Origin: Carcharhinus amblyrhynchos
Lineage: Eukaryota
Assembly: GCA_965287045.1 (NCBI GenBank)
Contig: OZ336885.1
Span: forward strand, 17,236,001 to 17,300,000
Reading direction: 5' to 3'
Length of the DNA stretch: 64,000 nt
Under the pieces are notes generated by a model that made no database searches, was not told where the DNA came from, and worked only from the letters and a program-made list of their open reading frames with translations. Shown one piece after another: positions 49,995 through 61,385 of this stretch (position 1 is its first letter; every line of letters starts with the position of its first letter). A program made the translations under genes and the position numbers.

Positions 49995-50360
49995 TTTTTC
50001 TTAATTTGCTCACGGGATGTGGGCATCGTTGGGTAGGCCTGTCTTTATTGTCCATCCCTCATTGCCCTTGTTCAGAGGGCATTTCAGGGTCAACCACACT
50101 GTTGTGAATCTGGAGTCAAGTGTAGACTGGACCAGGTAAGAATAGCAGATTTCCTTTCCCAAAGGACATTCATGAACCAGACAGGCTTTACAACAATCAG
50201 CAATGGTTTCCTGGTCATCACAAAACTTTTTAATTCCAGAGTTTTTTTTTAATTGGATTCAAATTTCACCACCTGCCATGGTGGGATTTGAACTTGGGTT
50301 CCCAGAGCAGTATCCTGGGTCTCTGGATTACTAATCACTGACAATACCACTACTGCCCAA
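49995..50360 (-). mobile_element. tRNA-SINE family C
   Basis: Reverse match to 253-610. Confidence 0.85.
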
Positions 50361-50664
50361 GTCTCCGACTTCAATTCATTTTATATAGGGACAACCGTTG
50401 TGACATTTTCACTGGTCTACCACACTGGGTCTTCAGCTCCTGTGGAGGAGATTAGGGATTTGAGTCTGATGGGTGATCTCTGAGAGCTGAATTAATAGAT
50501 GATCAGTAGTTATCTGGGTTGATAGGTGAATACGGCATCGCTTGCCTTTTCGATGTCATAGGTGGCTGCTTCGACTGTGAAAGAGGTTGCCTCTGTGAGG
50601 CGATGATTGCACCTTTGTTCCATCTCACCATATCTTTATCTGTTTGAATGAGGTGGGACCATGG

Positions 50665-50905
50665 AAGTAGAAACATAGAAAAACTACAGCACAATACAGG
50701 CCCTTCGGCCCACAAAGTTGAGCTGAACGCGTCCCTATCTTAGAGATTACTAGGCTTACCTATAACCGTCTATCTTACTAAATTCCATGTACTTATCTAA
50801 AAGTCTCTTAAAAGACCCTATCGAATCCACCTCCACCACTGTTGCTGGCAGCCCATTCCACGCACCCACCATCCTCTGAGTGAAAAACTTACCCCTGACA
50901 TGTCT
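50665..50905 (-). mobile_element. CR1 3' end
   Basis: aaacatag tail, KFFTQRMVGAWNGLP; related to 60397-61168. Confidence 0.8.
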
Positions 50906-50977
50906 CCAGGTATCTCCAGACAGTGATGTCTGGTCAGCTGTGTGTCACAACTCAAAGTCCCAAAGCAATTTATAGCT

Positions 50978-51303
50978 GGGGGGGCGGCATAGAGGTACTG
51001 TCGTTAGCACTGCTGCCTCACAATGTCAGGGATCCAGGTTCGATTCCTGGCTTGGATCACTGTGTGGAGTTTGCATATTCTCCCTGTGTCTGCATGTGTT
51101 TTCTCCAGGTGCTCTGGTCCCCCCACAGCCAAAGATGTGAGGGTTAGGTGGATTGGCCACGCTAAATTGCTCCTTAGTGTCAGGGGGACTAGCTAGAGTA
51201 AATGCATGGGGTTATAGGTTAGGACCTGGATGGGATTGTGAATCAGGACAGACTTGATGGGCTGAATGGATTCTTTGTTGCAGTGTAGCATTCCATGATT
51301 CAA
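50978..51303 (+). mobile_element. HE1-type SINE, type A
   Basis: Head, V-domain and CR1-like tail. Confidence 0.85.
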
Positions 51304-51657
51304 TGAAGTACTTTCGGAACTGTTGCAATGCAGAAAAGACAACAGCCAATTTGCAGAGAGCAAGCTCCCACAAACTATAAAGAAATATCAACCAGATAGT
51401 CTGTTTTATTGCTGATGGTGGAGGGATAAATGACTCTAGGATAGCTCCTCTTCACTTCTTTGAAACAGTGCTTCCCTGCGAGGATGAGTGGGGCCTTGTG
51501 TTAACATCTGATTTGAAAAGTTCTGCTCTGATCGTGCAGCACTCCCTCATATCAGTACTAGAGCGTCAACCTAGATTTTATGCTCAATTCTCTGGATTTG
51601 GACTTGAATTAATGACCTTCTGATAAAGAGGGCAAAGTGCTACCAATTTAGCCACAC
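51303..51657 (-). mobile_element. SacSINE1-like DeuSINE
   Basis: Reverse tRNA head (ggacttgaa..ccttctga..agagggcaaagtgctacca..agccac) and gtgcagcactccctca Deu motif. Confidence 0.7.
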
Positions 51658-53429
51658 AAGACTGGTAAGGCCATGTCCACAATAAACTTAAGTATAGGCG
51701 TTAGAAATAATCAAAATGAATAGCTTACCACCATTATGAAGATATAATTGATAATTGAGAGAGAATACTTGCTCATTAGGGACACTTTAGTATTCTTCAT
51801 GTAAATAGAATCCTATTGTGCAATGCTATAGCCAATTCCAACAATGAGACCTTTGCGGGTTTCAGTGAAGCAACACTGTCAATCTAATTAGGCTTCTTTA
51901 TACATCTTTGTGAAAGTCTGGGAATGAAACTGAATAGTTTAATTAAGAGGTTTTGCAGATTTGATTCATCAGTAGCACAGAAACACCAGAAAGTGAAACA
52001 AAGGCAAGAAGGATCTTTGTAATTAAGGCACTTGTCCTTAATCCAGAGACTGCAATTGGAGCTCAGCATTAATTCATTCATGCATTCGCCGCAATAGCAA
52101 GGAAGTCTCACCGTCACGATGCCAGCAAGGGAAACTTTGCGCATTATTTGTTATTTTAATATCGTCGCAACTTCAAAATTCTGCGTATCCAAGCAACCAG
52201 CATCTGAAACAAATCATGGAAAAAGCATTGGGCTGCCTTACAAAACCCTGCATCCAGGGTGCAACCAACAATGCACCTTATACAGACAAGCATAAAAGAA
52301 ATCATTCTTTCACAAAAGTAACTTTTAAACCCTTTAAAAGTACTTTACTCAGACAGTATGGTCTGGCCAATAAGTGCTAATTGTTCAATCCAAATTGCAA
52401 ACATATTTTGTTCCAGTCTTCTTTGATTTTTTTTTCAAATTGGCCATCTCTGTTGGAACAACGACTGCAGCCAATTGTACACTAAACTGTTTTTTTACTT
52501 CCCTTTTCATTTTTTTTTACTTACAGGACAACTAAGCCATAGAAGTACGGAAAAATAGAAGCCTGGAGTCAAGAAACAGCAAATCATGTACCAGTTCAGT
52601 AACTATTGTAGCTTAATCCCAACTAATTAACTGGTTAGTCTTTAATGAGGATCTTTACATCAGTAGCACTTCAAAGAATTCATTTAATGACTAATGACTT
52701 GGTAGTTTACTAAACTTTAGTGTAATAGCAATTAACTTTCCAACATTTTTCAGGAGCTTTGACAAAAGTAAACCACATTACAGTAGTGGTCAAATGTCAA
52801 CCTCCCTACTGTTCTGCATAGTCAAACATGTAGTCAGTCACATATCCATTCAACCAGTCACTCAAGGCAGTCTCTCATCCATCAAGCACCTACACAAATT
52901 CTTTCACCCACCAATTACTCATTGGTGTAGTGATGTGTGTACCCCCGTTATGCTAAAGGGCAGAGTTCAGTGCCAGCTTCTGATGTGGAACTTACGATGT
53001 GTAGATTGCGAAAGAATGGACTAGTTATACTGGCAACTCATGCAAACACATCTGCAAGACAGTACCACACGTGCATAATGTTCATACAATGGCTAATAGG
53101 AAACAGAGTTTGAAAGGTGGCATTGATCTTTGGAATGAAATAAGTGAGGCAAAAGATCCTTCCAAATTCAAAAATGTTTAAGTCCCACTTGGCGGTCTGG
53201 ATTTTATGGTTCCCCCTGCATCCCACACCCACCCCCCACACAGGTGTGTTTTCAGCAGGAGGTTGGGGAGAGGCACATCCCCCTTGTAAAATATGACGGG
53301 TGGTAGCACACCGCCTTCTTGTCCACCCTGACCCGTTCCCTGTAATACAGGGAGGGGAAGAAGGCGCCTAATAGCCTGCAGACCCTTGAAGTCCTGAACT
53401 GCCAAATTAAGGCCCTCGAGCTGTCTCCT

Positions 53430-54175
53430 CTGCAATAACATGCTGCGAAGTGTTGCTGCAACTGTACAAAGCATTAGTGAGACTGCACTTAGAATATTGT
53501 GTACAGTTTTGGCCTCTTTACTTGAGGAGGGATTGGGGATGGGTTCAGAGGAGATTCACTAGATTGATTCCAGAGATGAAGGGTGAGATCTTATTGCCCA
53601 TTCACACCACACTCCCACTGTGGTGATTTTGAAGAATTTGGTGGCCAGCTAAATCTCTGTTCACTGTGAAGAATGGGAAAATCAGATTGGCGTGAGCAAT
53701 GTTAAGATTTCGGCCAAGGAGTTTGTCTTACACGAGACATTGGACAGTTTCGGCCAATACTCTCTGGAGAGTAGAAGAATGATGGACGAGCTAAATGAAG
53801 TGTACAAAATGATTGTACAAAAGATTGGCAAAGTAGACATGGAGAGGATGTTTCCTCTTGTTGGGCAATCTAGATGAAGAGGTCATGGTTTGAGCAGAAG
53901 GAGTGGCAGATTTAAAACAGGGATGAAGAAAAATTACTTCTCTCAAAGGGTCAGAAGTTTGTGGAAGTCACAACCCCAGATTGTGGTGGATGCCAGGAGT
54001 TTGTACAAATTTAAGGAAGAGGTGGACAAATTTTTAACTTGTAACGGTTTGAAGGGTTATGGGGAATGGGCAGGTAAGTGGAGTTGAGGCCAAAATGAGA
54101 TCAGCCGTGATCGTATTAAATGGCGGAGCAGGCTCAAGGGGCTAAATTGTCTACTCCTGCTCCTGGTTCTTATGC
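53430..54175 (+). mobile_element. CR1 3' fragment with a MITE (53581-53715) inserted
   Basis: YSLESRRM..NYFSQRV..; the MITE gggtgagatctt...aagatttcggcc is flanked by AA on both sides. Confidence 0.85.
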
Positions 54176-54797
54176 TATGGCCTTTACCTGTAAATAAATA
54201 TGTTGTTTTTTCTCTTAACTGGTGAACAAGAATTATCACAGAAGCATTGTGAAAGGTGTTGCATATTTGTGGGTTTTGTCTTTCTACACCTGCATGCAGT
54301 AAGCAGAGTGACTGTAACAATGGCAAGATTGAAGGCCCAATGCTGATTCTCGAAGGATAATTATTCAAAGCAATCAACTGATGTTAGGAAAGGGGCTACA
54401 AAGAAATTGCAACTTTTACAAATCTGTGGCTAATCTCACCCTCCAACTACCCCTCTCTCTAACTTCCCCCCATTCCTCACCAATACCCCCCCCCACCCAG
54501 CTTTCCTCTCCCAACCTCCTCTCCACTCTCCAACCACCCACCGTCTTCCCATCCCCACAAACACATCAATTCTCACCTTCAGGCAGCTTCCTGATTTCCT
54601 AGCAAGCTTTTCAACAAAACAAATTGGAACCAAGAAGCTGCCCTGAGGTTGGAAGGAGCAGCAACAACTAATGAAAGTGACACTGATGAACCGGTGAACT
54701 CCCAGCCTGACAGATCCATTTTTGTTTAAAGTTGGTCTTTCGGGTCTGCACCTCTGGCTGCTCAGCGTAGATTATGAAAATCTGTTGGCGACATCAA

Positions 54798-54966
54798 ATC
54801 CAAAGATGTGTGGGTTACGTTGATTGGCTATGCTAAGTTGACCCTAGTATCAGAGGGATTAGCAGAATAAACATGTGGAGTTACGGGCATAGGGCATGGC
54901 TGGGATTGTGGTTGGCACAGACTCAGTGGGCCGAATGGCCTGTTCTGCCCTGTAGGGATTCTATGT
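54798..54966 (+). mobile_element. HE1-type SINE 3' half
   Basis: ccaaagatgtg..gggattctatg. Confidence 0.8.
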
Positions 54967-55548
54967 TTGGGGACAAGCAGCTCGCACTCCCCACTCCCAG
55001 ACCATGAACCCTGATGGTTTGGTACCATGTATGCCCCTGCTCCTGGGCCCTATCTAATTTCATACCCCCCACCTGGCCTCCTAAAACCCAATCCCCCAAT
55101 CCACTTGCCAGTCTCCCTGGGTAACACAATCCTTCCCACTCAAAAGGCCTGAGACTTACCTGAGTCCAGTTGCCCTCGATAATCTTTGTAGAACTGTTTG
55201 CAGTCACAGCAATGGCCACAATTCAGACTGCAAACAGCAGCAGGTTAGCAGGCAGCTCTCAAGTTTGGGTCTTTTTCCCACTGAGAGTTGGTAACTCCCC
55301 TCTCTGCTTGCTAAGGCCACCCACAGCGCCATATCACTGGGGCAGCCATGTTTTTTTTTAAGTTGGTAGTTTAGCAAGCAATCTTTCCAGCAGGACAGCG
55401 AAAAATAGGCTCGACTGTAAAATTCACCCTTATGTTATAGAAACAATATAGCAAAGACAGCCGGTAGATATTGGTAAATTCCTATCTTGCAGTCAAATCA
55501 TCTCTCAGATGGTTCAGAAGATATAACTTCCAATTAACAAAAAGTTGA

Positions 55549-55680
55549 CGGATGGGATTCTCCAGCCACGCTCGCCCCAAAACCGGAGAATCCCACCCAA
55601 GGTCAATGGACTTTTGTGTCATCCACCCCCCACACCCCCACCCACTACGATTCCTGCAGTGGGTGGTACAGGAGGATTGG
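55549..55680. mobile_element. ~130 bp MITE
   Basis: Shared body cccaaggtcaatggac..acgattcctg. Confidence 0.7.
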
Positions 55681-55686
55681 AATCGC

Positions 55687-56240
55687 AGAATTCCTACACT
55701 GCAGAAGGAGGCCATTCAGCCCATCCAATCTGCACCCACAACGATCCCGCCCAGGCCCTATCCCCATGACCCATGTATTTACCTTAGCTAGGCCCCTGGA
55801 CACTACTGGTCAATTGAGCCTGGCCAATCAACCTAACATAGTGTAGGGAGGCAATGGCCTTGTGGTATTATCGCTAGCGCATTAATCTAGAAACTCAGCT
55901 AATGTTCTGCGTTCGAATCCCATTATGGCAGTTGATGGAATATGAATTCAATAAAAAATATCTGGAATTAAGAATCTACTGATGACCGTGAAACCATTGT
56001 TGGTTGTTGGAAAAATCTATCTGGTTCATTAATGTTCCCTGGGAAAGGAATTCTGCCATCTTTACCTGGCCTTGCCTACATGTGACATCTTTGGACCGTG
56101 GGAGGAAACTGGAGCACCTAGAGGAAACCAGCACAGATATGGGGGGAATGTGTGAGCTCCACACAGATAGTGACCCGATGCCAGGATTGAACCCGGGTCC
56201 CTGGAGCTACGAGGCAGCAGAGCTAATCACTGTGCCACCC
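55687..56240 (-). mobile_element. HE1-type SINE with a 3'-truncated antisense family C SINE (55846-56085) nested
   Basis: HE1 resumes at acatctttggac. Confidence 0.8.
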
Positions 56241-56622
56241 TCCATAAAACAATTTTAACTTGAACAGAATGGTATTCCTGGGAACACTAATTTTCCTGAA
56301 AGAACAAATCCATTTAATTTTTTTTCTTTTATTACCCTTGCACTTACCTGCCAAATTGAACGTATTTAACTTGTTACCATAGCTAAGGCTGGCAGCCTTA
56401 AATATAATGCGCACAGAACATTCCGCAGGGGGTGGGAGGGAGGCGCAATGATTTGGGACAGAATGCTAATGTTACTAAAGCATAGTTATTTTCTATGCAG
56501 ATTGAAGCATGTATAGTCTATTACCTCCTCCAGCACAATTGGCAATACTTGAACATTATAAGAAATATGGCTCAAAGAAAGCAAGAAAGACCAATATAAG
56601 TAATTGCGCACCATGATATTGC

Positions 56623-57430
56623 TGATTTTGATTTAATTTGATTTGATTTATTGTTGTCACATGCATTAGCATACAGTGAAAAGTATTGTTTCTTGTGCGC
56701 TATGCAGACAGAGCATACCGTTCATAGAGAAGGAAATGAGAGGGCGCAGAATTTAGTGTTACAGTCATAGCTAGGATGTGGAAAAAGATCAATTTAATGC
56801 AAGGTAAGTCCATTCAAAATTCTGAAGGCAGCAGGGAAGAAGCTGTTCTTGAGTCAGTTGATACGTGACTTCAGACAGAAGAAGGTGGAAGAGAGAATGT
56901 CCGGAGTGCGTGGGGTCCTTAGTTATGCTGGCTGTTTTGCTGAGGCAGCAAGAAGGTTAGACAGAGTCAATAGATGGGAGGCTGGTTTGCATGATGGATT
57001 GGGCAACATTCACGACCTTTTGTAGTTTGTTGTGGTCTTGGGCAGAGCAGGAGCCATACCAAGCTGTGATAAAACCAGAAAGAATGTTTCCTATGGTGCA
57101 TCTGTAAAAGTTGGCGAGAGTCATAGCTGGCATGCCAAATTTCCTTAGTCTTCTGAGAAAGTAGAGGTGTTGGTGGGCTTTCTTAACTATAGTGATGGCA
57201 TGAACCAGGGCAGGTAATTGGTGATCTGGACAGCTAAAAACTTAAAACTCTCGACCCTTTCTACTTCGTTCCTGTTGATGTACATAGGGGCATGTTCTCC
57301 TCTACACTTCCTGAATTCGATGACAATCTCCTTCGTTTTGTTGACATTAAAGGGGAGAGTATTGTCGCCACACTAGTTCACCAGATTCTCTATCTCTTCC
57401 TGTACTCTGTCTCGTCACTGTTTGAGATCC
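56623..57430 (-). mobile_element. Rex1/Babar LINE 3' fragment (longest copy)
   Basis: (tgatt)n tail; reverse match to 17837-18368, extending further into RT. Confidence 0.88.
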
Positions 57431-58018
57431 AATATAATTGCATTCAATGGAGAACAGAATGCATTGCCTAATGTCAGATAAAATTTCATTCTGAAATTCC
57501 TATTGACAAAATTTGCACATTGTCATGCTGTTAGCCCACAGCAATGGCTATGCAAGTATCTTGTACAACATAAAACAACCTCAGTTAAATAACTTTTGAA
57601 ATACAAGCTAAATTCAGCAATCCCAAATTAATTCCACTGCCTCTCCCATACCCTGGCAATTTCCATTAAAAGATGCAACAGTCTCTGACCCAGTCACACT
57701 GGCAAATAATAACTCGTGTTTACCCTCTGCATAAAGAAATCTCTCCAAGACCTGTCCTCACCCTCCTACTGACAATTTTACACTGATGATCACTGATTCT
57801 TCAGGAAGGAAAACTGCCAACTTCACCTGGCCTTGCCTATATGTGACTCCAGACCCACAGCAAGGACTGCAACTGCCCAAAACTGAACATTGTATTCTAA
57901 CTATGGCCCAACGATCTTGTAAAATGTTAGCATTGCCTCTATACTTATTTTTCTGTTGTCCCATTTATAAAACCCTTTATTCATCTGCCATCAAACTTCA
58001 ATTAAAAGTTGAATCTCC

Positions 58019-58153
58019 GGGTGGGATTCTCTGACCTTGTCCACACCCGCCCCGCTGCCAGCAAGAATAGAGTGTTGGGCACTCAGCCAAATCTCCATTC
58101 ACAGCAACGTGATCAGAAAATCCCAGTCCAGGCAAAGTTGGAGAATCTGTCCC
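58019..58153. mobile_element. MITE, second subfamily (related to 53581-53715)
   Basis: gggtgggattctc ... gagaatctgtccc. Confidence 0.7.
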
Positions 58154-58456
58154 ATTATCCCACAAATCTCCATTCTGTTAACTTGCCTACAGGTCTTCCA
58201 GCTGCTTAACAAATCCCTCATGTGGCATCTTCCTATTTCAATATTTTATTCCCTTCGCTCAAGTCCTAATCTTCATACGGGAGAGAAATAGTTGATGTAA
58301 TACCAATCACTAGGATGCATCAGTTCAAACCCTTCTCCACTCTGAGGAGTATTCATTAACCCTATATTTCCTGACATGAATCACTGTTCATTGCTTACTG
58401 TTAATTTAATCTTAGGTCATGTGTGTTTCAGTGTTACAGTAGGCCTGAGTGCATGG

Positions 58457-59412
58457 ACTTAAATAAGGAGCTCCTCAGGGTAGTGTCTTAGGCCCCACCA
58501 TCTTTAGATGCTTCATCAATGTCCTCTCTTCCATCACAAGGTCAAAGTTGGGGTAATTACTGATGATTGCACCATTCATGACTCCTCAAATGCTGAAGCG
58601 GTCCATGTTCAAATACAGCAAGACTTGGACAATATTATGGCTTGAACTGACAGGTAACATTGCCACCACACAGGTCATACAATGACTATCCACAACAAGA
58701 ACCATTGCCCCTTGACATTCAATGGTATTTCCATTGCTGAATCCCTCACTATCAACACCCTGGGGGTTACAATTGACCAGAAACGGAACTGGACTAGCCA
58801 TATAAATATGGTAGCTATAGGAGCATGTCAGAGGCATGTGATGAGCAACTCTCTTTTGACTCCCTGAAGCCTATCCACCTTCCACAAGGCATAAGTCAGG
58901 AGTGTGATCTAATACTCTCCACTTACCTGGGTGGGTACCATTCCAACAACACTTCAAGAAGATTGATACCATCCAGGACTAAGCAGCTTTCTTCATTGGC
59001 AAACCATCTACTATCTTCAACATTCATTCTCTCCACCACTGATGCACAGTGGCAACAATGTGTACCATCTATTAGATGCCTTGCAGCAACTCACCAAGAC
59101 TCCTTAGCATCTACTGATCCCATAAACATTCACATCTAGATGGACGAAGGCAACAGATTTATGGTAACACCACTACCTGCAAGTTCACCTCCCACACTCC
59201 ACCTTGCCTTGGGAATATATCATCGTTCCTTCACTGTCGCTGGGTCAAAATCCCAGATCTCCCCCCCTAACAGCACTGTGGGTGTACCTACACAACATGG
59301 ACTGCAGCAGTTCATGAAAGCAGTTTACCACCTATTTCTAATGGGCAATTAGGGATAGGTAATTAACGCTGGCCTAGCCAATGATGCCCACATTCCATGA
59401 ACGAATTTAAAA
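58457..59412 (+). mobile_element. Decayed non-LTR (CR1-clade-like) LINE 3' ~950 bp, partner of SINE family C
   Basis: PQGSVLGPTIFRCFIN RT motif; tail gggcaattagggatagg..gctggcctagccaatgatgcccacattccatgaacgaat. Confidence 0.75.
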
Positions 59413-59439
59413 CAGGCTTTTGAAAACAAATTAGCTCAT

Positions 59440-60260
59440 TGAGTATATCCTAACCTTTTGGTACCTGTTCAATTCAGATACTTCAACCAGCTTCCTAATC
59501 AAAGGTTTATCCACGTGCCTTTACTTATGAGAAGAACAAAGTATGGACACAGATATATAATGTAACAAACTTTATTAAATATAGTTAACCTGTAAATTAC
59601 CCATTATGTATACAAGAAAACACCCAGGATTCGGCTATACTACCCATAAAAATGGCTTGGTAAGCCCTAGATCCGGTCTGTGAGGCCTTTGGCTCCTCTT
59701 CATGAAGATGATTCTGGCTGGCTGTTTCTTCCTTGCTTACTTCCTTCCTTCTCTGATCTGGTCTGGTCTCGGTCATCGAGTCTTCGCTGTCAAGGCGTCC
59801 GGAACTCCTATTTTTATCCCCCTGTCGCCTCCTGCTGTTTCCACCTGCCCTTTGGCCTTCTGCCAATGGGGCTTTAGGAGGGGGAGGTCTCAGCACCCAA
59901 TGGTCCAGTTGATGACCTGTTGACAGGACGCCTGAGCCCTCCCTGGACACCTTGGAGTCTGACCCCATCTAGCCAGTAGACAATAGGCCTGTGCATATCA
60001 AATAGGTGCGGTGATCACTCGATGGGTTGTCGATAGGGCAAATCCAGACATGCCCTGGCAGCCTGTCTGAGTTCTATATATCTGAACTTTGACCAGGTCT
60101 GATCTTCTTCAGGCTATTTGCTAGAGCTGATTGTAGTTTAATTTAGAATGCCCAGTTCTTTAATTTCAAATGGTCTAAGTTTATTTTGGGCTCAGCACCT
60201 CATGAAACTTTTGGTTTAATCACAAGCAATAAAAGGACTTTAAGTTTTTGGGTTTCTCCA
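59440..60260 (-). mobile_element. Possible solo LTR
   Basis: Minus-strand GATAAAAA TATA-like box (59811-59818) upstream of AATAAA (59571-59576); TG..CA ends are possible but no TSD was found. Confidence 0.3.
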
Positions 60261-60396
60261 TCTGAGAGCGGTCATTCCTGGGGACTGTTACCGTGGAGCA
60301 CTCCCAAGGCTGTCACAAAGAAATGTGCACAGCAAAGTTCTGCCCAATCTCTTCCAACCCTATACTTTAGTCCAGGCTTTCACCTGGTCCATTTGT

Positions 60397-61168
60397 AGTG
60401 GTCCATTTTGGCAGGATCAATAGGATGAAGGAGTACAATATCAAGGGTAGGAGTCTTAGCAGTGTTGAGGAGCAGAAGGATCTTGGGGTCCAGGTCCATA
60501 GGATGCTCAAATTGGCCTCGCAGGTGGAGGATGTGGTCAAGAAGGCATATGGTATACTGGCCTTCATTAATCGAGGGGTTGAGTTTAGGAGTCGGGAAGT
60601 AATGCTGCAACTTTATAAGACCCTTGTCAGACCCCACTTGGAGTACTGTGCGCAATTCTGGTCGCCTCACTACAGGAAGGATGTGGAGGCTATTGAGAGG
60701 GTGCAGAGGAGATTTACAAGGATGTTGCCTGGATTGGGAGGCATGCCTTATGAAGATGGGTCGCGAGAGCTAGGTCTCTTCTCCCTGGAGAGATGAAGGA
60801 TGAGAGGTGACCTGATAGAGGTTTATAAAACGTTGAGAGGAATGGATAGGGTGGATTCTCGGATGCTATTTCCCAGGGCTGAAATGGTCGCTACGAGAGG
60901 ACACAGGTTTAAGGTGCTGGAAAGCAAGTACAGAGATGTTAGGGGTAAGTTTTTCACTCAGAGAGTGTTGAGTGAGTGGAATCGGCTGCCGTCAGTGGTG
61001 GTAGAGGTGAACTCAATGGGGTCTTCTAAAAGACTTCTGGATGAGTATATGGGATTTAATGGGATTGGGAGTTACAGACAGTTCTATGGCTTGGTAGGTA
61101 TGGATGTGATCGGCGCAACTTGTGGGCCGAAGGGCCTGTTTCTGCTGTAGTGTTCTATGTTCTATGTT
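60397..61168 (+). mobile_element. CR1 3' fragment
   Basis: ORFs 60398-60796 and 60800-61150 are separated by one stop: LVRPHLEYCAQFWSP..MRGDLIEVYK; (ttctatg)n tail. Confidence 0.92.
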
Positions 61169-61189
61169 CACATGAAGCACCTCGCATAG

Positions 61190-61385
61190 CATTTTCTCAT
61201 TTGTCACACCAAATCAGCCCAAGGTCCATCTGAAGACTTTACCAATGATTGTAAATCAGGAACTGTGCTGTCTACTGCTGCCCACTAAAAACCTGAGTGG
61301 AGATTTTGCAAAGTTAATCCACAGAGGACCTTATTAAATCACATTGGCCTGGGTTTGAACCGGGTCCCAGAGGTGAAAGGACCCT
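61190..61385 (-). mobile_element. Possible ancient LF-SINE-like relic
   Basis: Minus strand CCTTTCACCTCTGGGACCCGGTTCAAACCCAGGCC resembles the LF-SINE tRNA head (recalled, not aligned). Confidence 0.3.

Noticed and set aside
49343-50107. Overlapping 126-165 aa ORFs
   Set aside because: They span repeat-derived GC-rich sequence and a MITE; no domain similarity
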